Below, one piece after another: positions 38,885 through 51,379 of a stretch of DNA of 64,000 nucleotides; within the stretch, counting starts at the first letter, position 1; each line of letters starts with the position of its first letter. The translations under genes and the position numbers were made by a program. The notes under the pieces were generated by a model. It was not told the DNA's origin and did not search any database. It was given only the letters and a program-made list of their open reading frames with translations. The stretch comes from Eledone cirrhosa (taxonomy: Eukaryota), in the NCBI GenBank assembly GCA_964016885.1, contig OZ024751.1, positions 48,360,001-48,424,000 of the forward strand. Reading direction: 5' to 3'.

Positions 38885-39072
38885 AATAATTGTTTCTACT
38901 TTAGGCACAAGGCCAGCAAATACCCAGTTCATTACTGGTACTTTATTTTATCGACCCCGTAAGGATGAAAGGCAAAGTCAACCTCGGCGGGATTTGAACT
39001 CAGATCGTAAAGGGACGTAACTATGCTGAAAAGCATGGCGTCCGACCCTCTACCGATACTGCCAATCCACCA
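38885..39072 (-). mobile_element. SINE S1 copy
   Basis: Near-exact reverse complement of 1143-1330. Confidence 0.88.
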
Positions 39073-39188
39073 TATAGTAATAATAATAAATTTATTATTA
39101 AGAGGGCTCGATAAGGATAAATGAATATCAAATATATAAGAATCGTAGAGCAATTCTTTGCTTAAACTTTAATCCGTTATTTTAATAA

Positions 39189-39566
<378 letters not shown>

Positions 39567-39677
39567 CATATGTATATATATGTATATATATGTATATATA
39601 TGGTTATATATATATATGTATATATATGTGTATATATATATATATATACATACACACACACACCCACACACACATAA

Positions 39678-39712
<35 letters not shown>

Positions 39713-40198
39713 CATACACATACATACATAGATGCATACTGGTTACATTTGACGCAATAAAGCATCAGATATAAGCAGTCGTCTGCGATACGGAACAGGG
39801 AAACTCTCTGTGGGATCTCACATGAATTAAGGTTCTTACACATACATAGTCACACATATATATACATGGAGGATGTGTAATAAACGAAGAAGCTTTTAGC
39901 GTGCACTATAGTGTTGACAGATGGTTTCATTCAGTGATATTACACACACACATTCACACGCACACACACATATTCATACGCATAATCACCCACACACACA
40001 TTCACACACACACAAACACACACATACTTACATGTATATATTTACTTATGCATGTACAGACACATGCAAACTAAAACACATGCATATACATACGCACACG
40101 TCTATTCATATACATACATGCATACATTCATAAGACTCCAAATCCTGCACATGATATATATATATATATGTATATTTTTGTGTATATACATGCATGTA

Positions 40199-40511
<313 letters not shown>

Positions 40512-40570
40512 ATATACACAAAAATATACATATATATATATATGTATATTTTTGTGTATATACATGCATG

Positions 40571-40635
<65 letters not shown>

Positions 40636-40638
<3 letters not shown>

Positions 40639-40860
40639 TTTTAATATAGATGAGATTCTACAGGACTAGAACTGTTTCATTCATTAGAAAACATCAGGAA
40701 TGCGATTATTAGAAACATTATGAATGCGATTCCTGATGTTTTCTAATGAATGAAACAGTTCTAGTCCTGTAGAATCTCATCTATATTAAAACTTTTAAAC
40801 TCTGCTATGTATTGAGTACCTTACTTACTGTGGTTACCTCCGATTCAACCCGGAATAACG
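40636..40860 (+). mobile_element. H2 fold-back element
   Basis: ~63-bp inverted arms gttttaatatagatgagattctacaggactagaactgtttc.. / ..gaaacagttctagtcctgtagaatctcatctatattaaaac; same tail as 39281. Confidence 0.8.
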
Positions 40861-40884
40861 TATATATATATATATATATATATA

Positions 40885-41279
40885 TATGAATGTATATATA
40901 GTGTATTTGGTAATAAACTGTATGCTTAATTACAACCATTTTGAAGACCTTACGCTATTGTTTTAAAGTAGTGACTTTGTCGCTTACTTCTTTTTTCAAC
41001 AAACAAAGGGAGATAAGCTGACAGATCTCTGTTTCATACTGTTGGTATTCCTCAGAGCTTAGCACTCCCCTTGTTTGTTGAACATTATGAATGTTGGATT
41101 CTTATAGAATTCCAGTAATAGTCAGGAACTGATTATACAGAGCAGTTGCCGGTCCAGCAAAAATTAAAAATTAGAATTGTTGGTCTGAAATAGCGATGTA
41201 TATATGAATGTATATACAGTGTATTACCAAATACACTGTATATACATTCATATATACATCGCTATTTCAGAGCACCAAT

Positions 41280-41285
<6 letters not shown>
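40885..41285 (-). mobile_element. Terminally redundant ~318-nt HHR element with inverted end
   Basis: gaatgtatata(t/c)agtgtatt at 40888 and 41206 (period 318); palindrome 41172-41283; (TA)n flanks. Confidence 0.7.
40995..41082 (-). ncRNA. Full type I hammerhead ribozyme with long stem I, GUC site
   Basis: uucaacaaacaaggggagugcuaagcu-CUGAGGA-auac caaca guau-GAAA-cag agau cug-UC-agcuuaucucccuuuguuuguugaa; predicted cleavage between 41020 and 41019. Confidence 0.9.
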
Positions 41286-41310
<25 letters not shown>

Positions 41311-41359
41311 AATCTCTCTCTCTTTCTCTCTCTCTCTATATATAAATATATATATATAT

Positions 41360-41936
<577 letters not shown>

Positions 41937-42494
41937 ACATTCAATTATATATGCATGTATACTCCGTTATGGAGAGCTATATAGACTATTAATTGTGATT
42001 GAATAAAACTAAACCAAATAATATTAAGAGAAAAAACGACCTAGTCGTATCCCCCTCCTCCCCGAGGCATACCCACCCCACCACCACCACTACTATTATA
42101 CTCATAATTATTATCCTGATGATCATCGCGGACAGCACCACCACCATCATCATCATCATCATCATCATGATCATCGACAATGAACGACAACGCCACCAAC
42201 AGTAGCACCACCACAATCAACACCATCATCATCGTCAACATCAACGACAACAACACCATCACCCCCCCCACACCATCACCATCACCACCACCATCATCAT
42301 CATCATAATGAACGACATCACCACCATCAGTAGCACCAACACCACCATCAGCACCATCATCATCGTCAACACCAACAATACCACCAACAGTAGCACCACC
42401 ATCACCATCATCATCATCATCAACATCAACGATACCACCAACAGTAGCACCACCACCACCACCACCATCGTCACCAACAACTACGCCTCCACCA

Positions 42495-43365
42495 GAACAA
42501 CAACAGCTATAACAAGAAGAACAACAATAGCAATAGCAGCGACAGCAACAACAACAATAACAGCTACAATACCATTAGCTATAACAATAACTATAACAAC
42601 AACAACTATAACAACAACAACTATAACAACAACAACTATAACAACAACAACTATAACAACAATAACTATAACAACAACAACTATAACAACAACAACTATA
42701 ACAACAACAACTATAACAACAACAACTATAACAACAACAACTATAACAACAACAACTATAACAACAACAACTATAACAACAGCAATTATAACAAAAACAA
42801 CGACAACAACTATAACAACAACAACTATAACAACAACTACTATAACAATAACAACTATAACATCAACAACTATAACAACAACTATAACAACAACAACTAT
42901 AATAAAAACAACAACAACAACAACTATAACAATAACAACTATAACAAAAATAACGACAACAACTATAACAATAACAACAACAACTATAATAAAACAACAA
43001 CAACTATAACAATAACAACTATAACAAAAATAACGACAACAACTATAACAATAACAACAACAACTATAATAAAAATAACAACAGCTATAACAATAACAAC
43101 TATAACAACAACTATAACAACAACTATAATAAAAACAACGACAACAACTATAACAACAACAACAACAACAACAACAACTATAACAATAACAACTATAACA
43201 AAAATAACGACAACTATAACAATAACAACAACAACTATAATAAAAACAACAACAACAACAACTATAACAACAACAACTATAACAACAACTATAACAATAA
43301 CAACTATAACAACAACTATAACAACAACTATAATAAAAACAACGACAACAACTATAACAACAACG
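42495..43365. repeat. (ACA)n/ACTATA compound satellite, 15-bp unit actataacaacaaca
   Basis: Direct inspection. Confidence 0.9.
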
Positions 43366-43636
43366 AACATATTTTCTCTTTAAAATGCAGAAGTGTACAT
43401 CTAAGTATTAGTTGATATTGTAACGATATTGTTAGTGATATTAAAATGCCATAAAATCAGAGATATTAACTTGGTACACAGCTACATTTTAAGCATATAA
43501 TAGCCATGATGCTAGTAAAAATATCTCGTAAAACATTTTATCCAATTACATAGCAAAAATGCTGTAGAATATTTTTTTGGTTATGTATTATTATAACGTG
43601 TACGATAAACCTTGATACGATTCTCTCTCTCTCTCT

Positions 43637-43685
<49 letters not shown>

Positions 43686-43766
43686 CCTCTCTCTCTCACA
43701 CACACACACTTTCTCTCTCGCCCTCTCGCTCTGTCTCTCTCTGTATGCATGTCTCAGTGTGTAGTA

Positions 43767-43886
<120 letters not shown>

Positions 43887-43901
43887 CAGACACACACACA
43901 C

Positions 43902-43998
<97 letters not shown>

Positions 43999-44070
43999 TA
44001 TATAAGTAAGTATACACACAGAAACACACACATACAAACACACACACATATATCTATATATGCATAAATG

Positions 44071-44136
<66 letters not shown>

Positions 44137-44249
44137 GTGTGTGTGTATATATTGCATGAGTTGTGACCGATAGATAGTATCAACCATTGAACCATTGGAA
44201 AGAGCAATGGAAACATTGTCTCCTTGGTCCGATTTTACGAGTTCCACCA

Positions 44250-44560
44250 TTTGGTTCTCAATTAAAAGCAACATATCGTCACGATATAAATCTCCGGTCA
44301 TCTCTGGCATTTTCCTATGCAGTACATTATTAATAAATAATCCAACGATTACTATCGGATCATCTGACTCGGCGCAAGTAACGGACCTCATTGTATTATT
44401 TATTAATAATATATTGCATAGGAAAATGCCAGAGATGATCGGAGGTTTATATCATGACGATATGTTGCTTTAAATTGAAAACCATAGCAATAGTGAAATT
44501 AATAGGAAAAGGAAATCCATAATACAATTTTTCAACAACTACAACCTTAAGTTAGAAATG
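44250..44560 (+). pseudogene. Penelope-like reverse transcriptase fragment with local inverted duplication
   Basis: [48 protein letters not shown]; the inverted copy (44250-44348) reads [15 protein letters not shown]; matches the PLE MGSxDxAxVxxLVGL..GLYRDD pattern. Confidence 0.75.
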
Positions 44561-45540
44561 ACATTATTTTAATTCTGACATTATTTTTAATTCTGACATT
44601 ATTTTTCTAATGACATCCCTCTAAATATATTTTTTTTACATGTAGATTGATAATCTTTAATTGACATTCTGAAAATTTATCCTCTTTACGATAGTTCTTC
44701 GAAAAGCACATTACGTTTTTCCTCTCTTTTTGATATTCAAACATTCACACATCTTTCGACTAAAATAATTAATCTCACACAAAATAATGTATAATTCTCT
44801 CTATATATTTTTGAGTAAATCACTCATCAAATTTAACGGTTAACAAACAAAATTGGAGTTATCTTTCCTTTCTCAATCGTGCAAACATAAACATATTATG
44901 TATGATAATCTATATAACTTCGCAAAATTAACAATATTCTGAAAACATTTTCAATGTTGAACAAAATATTCGAATCTACAAATTGTTCTCCTCTCACAAC
45001 TTGAACCACCCATTAGAAATTAGAAATATAAACAAGTAACAATTGTAAATTATTTCTATTTCTATAATACTAATACATACGCAATTATTAATATATATAG
45101 ATATTTATATACATATAACCTATTGTAATATACATATAACCTATTATATTTATATAACCTATTGTAATGTAATAAGATAAACATACTTACAACCATAATT
45201 CTTCATATAATATAATTGATTATATATAGAATATTATATCTCATAATATAGGTAAATAAATTTAAACTCTGGAATCATATTCCACCTTTTCCCCCAAATT
45301 AACGTAAATACAAGCTCTTCTTCATTTTTCTTCTTTCCTACGCATACAAACACATATCATAATTATTTAAATTCTCCATAGCGTCTAAAATAACGTTTTT
45401 TCAGCCCTTTACTTCAACCTCATTTGCATACTCATCTTAACAATTTGAAATATCTGACTTTTCTTCACTATCCAAGGAAAGCTTGAACCGTTAAGGTATT
45501 TTTCTTGGTTATGTCAAAATTTATAAAACACACTTCGTAT

Positions 45541-45596
45541 TTTATCTGATGAAAGCGTACCAAAGTTTTGGTACCCTTGAAATATATATAATAGAA
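45541..45596 (+). ncRNA. Minimal hammerhead ribozyme
   Basis: uuuau-CUGAUGA-aagcguaccaaaguuuugguacccuu-GAAA-uauaua-UA-auaga, followed by AATAAA and (TA)n. Confidence 0.75.
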
Positions 45597-45670
45597 TAAA
45601 TATGGTTTTATAAATATAGTTTCCATTTATTTAATATCATTGTATATACATATATATATATATACACATA

Positions 45671-45702
<32 letters not shown>

Positions 45703-45756
45703 CATATATATAAATATATACATATACATATACATACATATATATATATATATTTA

Positions 45757-45905
45757 TAGGAACAAGTAAGACCCCCAAACCTCACTAACGTCGACGTTAG
45801 TGAGGTTTTGGGGTCTTACTTGTTCCTATTACCCACTCTACTACCCTAAGTATTGAGTACTTTGGTGCGTTATGGTCCACCTGGTTCCTTACCACATTTC
45901 CTTCG

Positions 45906-45907
<2 letters not shown>
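45757..45907 (+). mobile_element. H1 element variant with different hairpin centre
   Basis: aaacctcactaacgtc|gacgttagtgaggttt centre; H1 outer arms and tail. Confidence 0.75.
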
Positions 45908-45951
<44 letters not shown>

Positions 45952-46248
45952 TGAAACAAAATGAAAACGAAATTTCATTTCTCACTCTTAGTATGGCACT
46001 TACTTAAATGTAAGTATGCATGTATACGTACATACATATATGTATACAGACGTACAGTAGCATGCACATATATATATATATATACATATATATATACATA
46101 TGCATACAGGTACACATACATATATGCACGTATCAGTTTAGCGGCGCTAACGTCGCTTTGTTCGTTTGTAAACAAACTGAACAGCCTGAATTTATGCCAT
46201 ACGGTGTTAAGGCAACCACGTCACCTTTTTGTTCAACACTGACACAGG

Positions 46249-46293
46249 AACGATGTACTAGTTTCAAGCTTGTTAGCTATCATCAGCACCGTT
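46249..46293 (-). ncRNA. Type I hammerhead ribozyme, unit 2
   Basis: aacggug-CUGAUGA-uagcu aaca agcuu-GAAA-cuag-UA-caucguu; 7-bp stem I, palindromic stem III, GUA site. Confidence 0.85.
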
Positions 46294-46529
46294 TACCCAT
46301 CTGCCAGATAGTTGAACGTTCGAAAGTATATACTTTCCTTATGAAAATTAACGGCTGAGCAGCCTAATTTGCATATTGAGTGAGTTAAATCGGTCAGGCA
46401 TACCGAAAACGATAAATTGAAACAAAATGAAAACGAAATTTCATTTCTCACTCTTAGTATGGCACTTACTTAAATGTAAGTATGCATGTATACGTACATA
46501 CATATATACAGACGTACAGTAGCATGCAC

Positions 46530-46560
<31 letters not shown>

Positions 46561-46712
46561 CATATGCATACAGGTACACATACATATATGCACGTATCAG
46601 TTTAGCGGCGCTAACGTCGCTTTGTTCGTTTGTAAACAAACTGAACAGCCTGAATTTATGCCATACGGTGTTAAGGCAACCACGTCACCTTTTTGTTCAA
46701 CACTGACACAGG

Positions 46713-46757
46713 AACGATGTACTAGTTTCAAGCTTGTTAGCTATCATCAGCACCGTT
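46713..46757 (-). ncRNA. Type I hammerhead ribozyme, unit 1
   Basis: Identical to 46249-46293, 464 bp away. Confidence 0.85.
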
Positions 46758-46959
46758 TACCCATCTGCCAGATAGTTGAACGTTCGAAAGTATATACTTT
46801 CCTTATGAAAATTAACGGCTGAGCAGCCTAATTTGCATATTGAGTGAGTTAAATCGGTCAGGCATACCGAAAACGATAAATTGAAACAAAATGAAAACGA
46901 AATTTCATTTCTCACTCTTAGTATGGCACTTATTTATTTATAAGACTGTCTATATTGTA

Positions 46960-47021
46960 TTTTGTCTGAAGAAGGCATAACATATTGTTAATATGATATC
47001 CCTGAAATATATATAATGAAA
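46960..47021 (+). ncRNA. Minimal hammerhead ribozyme (same family as 45541)
   Basis: uuuugu-CUGAAGA-agg..cauauu guu aauaug..ccu-GAAA-uauaua-UA-augaaa; downstream ataaatatggttttataaatata..tttccatttatttaatatc shared with 45597-45640. Confidence 0.72.
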
Positions 47022-47065
47022 TAAATATGGTTTTATAAATATAATTTCCATTTATTTAATATCGT

Positions 47066-47186
<121 letters not shown>

Positions 47187-47222
47187 TATATATGTATGTA
47201 TATGTATATGTATATATTTATA

Positions 47223-47448
<226 letters not shown>

Positions 47449-47510
47449 TATATATATATATATATATATATATAATCAGAATTTTATATATACACACACA
47501 CATATATATA

Positions 47511-47685
<175 letters not shown>

Positions 47686-47924
47686 ATAGCTGTTTGTCTA
47701 TAGAGATATACCGAATGAAATTTTATAAAAAACTTAATGTTGAATACTGTTGTGTTTTTTTCATCTGAACGTATGAATGTTGGTGTGTATGTATGTATGT
47801 ATGTATGTATGTATGTATGTATGTATGTATGTATGTATGTATGTATGTATGTATGTATGTATGTATGCATGTATGTATGTATGTATGTATGTATGTATGT
47901 ACGTACGTACGTACGTATGTTTTC

Positions 47925-49733
47925 TCTTTCTCTTAATTTCTAGTATATTTTTTTGACCGGCCACCTTCCTGGTGGCAAGGTTGTAAAAGAAAAGAAATTG
48001 TCATCCCTTGAATCGCAAGAATGTTTTGCAAATTTTGAAGGTGCCAACTATCGCAGCCATTTGTAGACTATGAATTAGGGAGCTGCGCTTTTTGTCCGCA
48101 AATCCAAGTTCGGTCATACTTTGGTCCAAGCGGGTTGGTATATAACCCGTAGCACCATTAATGATGGGTATGAAGCTAAAGGTGTATCTTGGATACTGGA
48201 TTTGTAAACTCCTCATCAATGGTCCGTAGATGTCCTCCTTCTCCTGTATTTTTTTGACAACGTTTACATCAAGTGGGCAGCTGATCTCCACAACAGAACA
48301 CGTTTTCAATGTGTGGTCCCAAACTACAATATCAGGCGGTTGTGCTTTAATTTGGTGGCAGCTTTTATTTTCAGGTTCCACCAGTATTCCTTAGTGCCAT
48401 CTGTCTCAATATATTCTTCCTCGTTTGTTGTTAATTTTGTTTTCCGAAGTGCGTTCCAGATAGTTCTAGCTATCCCATCGTGTCTCATGGGGAGGTAGTA
48501 GCGAGATGACATTCTTTCGCAGCTGGCAACAATGTGGCTTACATCGTCGATCTTTGTTTTACATAGCCTACATTTATTGTCAGCTGCTGGTACTCCTCTT
48601 TTGTGCAGCAGATATTTGGTAGGGAGTTCTTGTTCCTGTATTGCATAGAGATATCCCTCAAGGTGTGATGTCATAAACTTGTCGGAACTCCATGCCAGGC
48701 TTTTTGAGTGGTTTATCCCCTCTATGGTCTGTGTTTTACGCCTCAAGTATCCATGCACAACTTTTTCTGTAAATTGGTCAATTTTTTTTTCTTGTTTGAA
48801 CATTGAATAGGATCTTCCGATTTCTCTGGGTGAGAGATTTATATCAGGCTTTATTCCATATCTCTCCTCCAGATCAGTCGCTATTCTAATGATATTTCTT
48901 TTTTCATGCTCATAAACCTGAGCAAGATGGTCGCCAACCTTTTTCCTCTGTTGAAGGTGTTGCTTCAGTGTTACTATCCGGGTCTCATATGTTGTTAATA
49001 TTGATTTTAGACCCCGGCCACCTTCCTTGCGTGAGAAGTATAGCCTATCCACATCACCATTGATGTTAAAGTTCCCAGTAACACTGAGAAGTTTTCGAGT
49101 TCTAACATCCATCTCACTTAGTTCTTGCAATGACCAGTTCAGTAGGCCAAATGTTGGCGTTAGAATTGGCACAGCATAGGTATTGTGGGCAATGTATTTG
49201 TTGTATGCTGACACTTCTGATGACCATATATTTTTTACTCTTCTGAGGTATTCAGTTCTGGTTCTCTCCTTATTTATGGGTCCATCATACCTGACATTCT
49301 CATCCTGTCCAAGATATCTGTAGTTGTCACCTGACTGCAGAGGTTGTATTGTCAGGCCGTTCATCTCTAGATTTCTAGAGGAGGGCACAGCTCTTCCACG
49401 TTTTACTGCCAAATATGCACACTTGGACTCACCAAATTTCATTTTGATGTCGGTTGAAAATTGTGTAATGAGGTCCAATTGTTTCTTGATGTCATTGATA
49501 TTTGGCCCATACAACTTCAGGTCATCAACAAAGAAAAGATGGGAGATACTTCTGGGCCCACTTCTTTGTCCACCTTGTTTCCTGAGTAGGTAAGATAGTG
49601 GATTCAGTGAGAGAACGAAGAGTAGTACTGACAAGCTATCACCCTGAAAGATGCCCTTCTGGTAATGTATCCTATCAGTCTTAACCTGCTCCTTCTCACC
49701 TCTAAGGATCAAATTGGTGTACCAGTTCTTGGT
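47925..49733 (-). mobile_element. 5'-truncated R4-like RT+RLE retrotransposon inserted in (CATA)n
   Basis: GIFQGDSLS, FFVDDLKL, YRYLG, CRLC..HIVASC, RHD, PDIVVWD..VVEISCP; frameshift near 48335; (CATA)n at both junctions. Confidence 0.88.
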
Positions 49734-50384
49734 TATGTATGTATGTATGTATGTATGTATGTATGTATGTATGTATGTATGTATGTATGTATGTATGTAT
49801 GCATGTATGTATGTACGTACGTACGTATGTATGTATGTATGTATGTATGTATGTATGTATGTATGTATGTATGTACGTACGAATGTATGTATGTATGTAT
49901 GTATGTATGTATGTATGTATGTATGTATGTACGTACGTACGTACGTACGTATGTATGTATGTATGTATGTATGTATGTATGTATGTATGTATGTATGTAT
50001 GTATGTATGTATGTATGTATGTACGTACGTACGTACGTACGTACGTACGTATGTATGTATGTATGTATGTATATGTGTATGTATGTATGTATGTATGTAT
50101 GTAAGTATGTATGTATGTATGTATGTATGTATGTATGTATGTATGTATGTATGTATGTATGTATGTATGCATGTATGTATATATATATGTATGTATGTAT
50201 GTGTGAATATTTGTGTGCATCTATCTATACATACATACACATGCATACATACATGCATGCACACATACAGAGAGATAGTGAGTGAGAGCGAGATAGAGCG
50301 AGAGAGAGAGGGAGAGAGAGACATCGAAGATAGATAGATAGAGAGAGAGAGTGAGCGAGAGACAGAGATAGATTGGGATAGAGC

Positions 50385-50421
<37 letters not shown>

Positions 50422-50615
50422 ACCACAGACCCTCCATCTCAACTCACCTTTTGAAAAGCAGAAGAACTGCGAAACCGGTAAAGGAACCAAATAAATATAT
50501 ATATTTAAAAAAAAAATAAGACTCCAGTTGCATTTTCGATTTCATCTCTTTTTCTTTATACTTTCACTCGTGTAGGACACCTCGGTTATTTTTCATTTTG
50601 TAAAAAAAACCTCAC

Positions 50616-50688
<73 letters not shown>

Positions 50689-50761
50689 ATATATATATAT
50701 ATATATTTATATATATGTTGATATGTTGACCATATTATTCTTCACTCTTTCACTATATATG

Positions 50762-50796
<35 letters not shown>

Positions 50797-50979
50797 GGAG
50801 AGGGAGAGAGAGTGGGAGAGCGAGGGAGATAGTTAGATAGACAGAGAGGGGGAGAGAGAGACTGAGAGGTAGATAGATAGATAGATTGATAGATAGATAA
50901 ATAGAGAGAGAGTGAGATAGATATATATATAGATATATAGATAGATAGATAGATGGATAGATAGATAGATAGATATATT

Positions 50980-51105
50980 TCTTTATTAGCCACAGGGGCA
51001 CAAAAGAAGGGGACAAATACAAAGGGGGAAGTTTACATACAATAAAAACGTGTAAAATATTATCAAATGGAATTTAAAAAGTTAGTCGATTTTCCCCAAT
51101 AGAGG
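50980..51105 (-). mobile_element. Short 3'-end copy of Tx1 family T2 in (GATA)n
   Basis: gccacaggggcacaaaagaaggggaca duplicates 51162-51190. Confidence 0.7.
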
Positions 51106-51106
51106 G

Positions 51107-51148
<42 letters not shown>

Positions 51149-51379
51149 ATTTCTATTTATTTGCCACGAGGGCACAAAAGAAGGGGACATTTACACAGTG
51201 GGGGAGTTTACATAAATCGAGTAAAGAAAAAAGGAATAACAATAATAATATAACAATAAAAAGTCCTCAAAAGGGAGGGGGCGTGTTGGGGATTGCACAT
51301 ACCCCCGAAAAGTGTGCAACTCTTTTCGCGGGGGAAGCCCAGAGAGGAGGCGCTCCCCCTTTCCTCTTCACTTCTTCAC

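Larger units (their letters stand above)
45947..46933 (-). mobile_element. Head-to-tail array (~2.1 copies) of a 464-nt non-coding hammerhead element (retrozyme-like)
   Basis: ttgaaacaaaatgaaaacg at 45951, 46417, 46881; units nearly identical; one HHR per unit. Confidence 0.85.

Noticed and set aside
48324-50426. 700-aa ORF as a single gene
   Set aside because: The N-terminal third is (CATA)n read-through; only 48330-49733 is retrotransposon sequence
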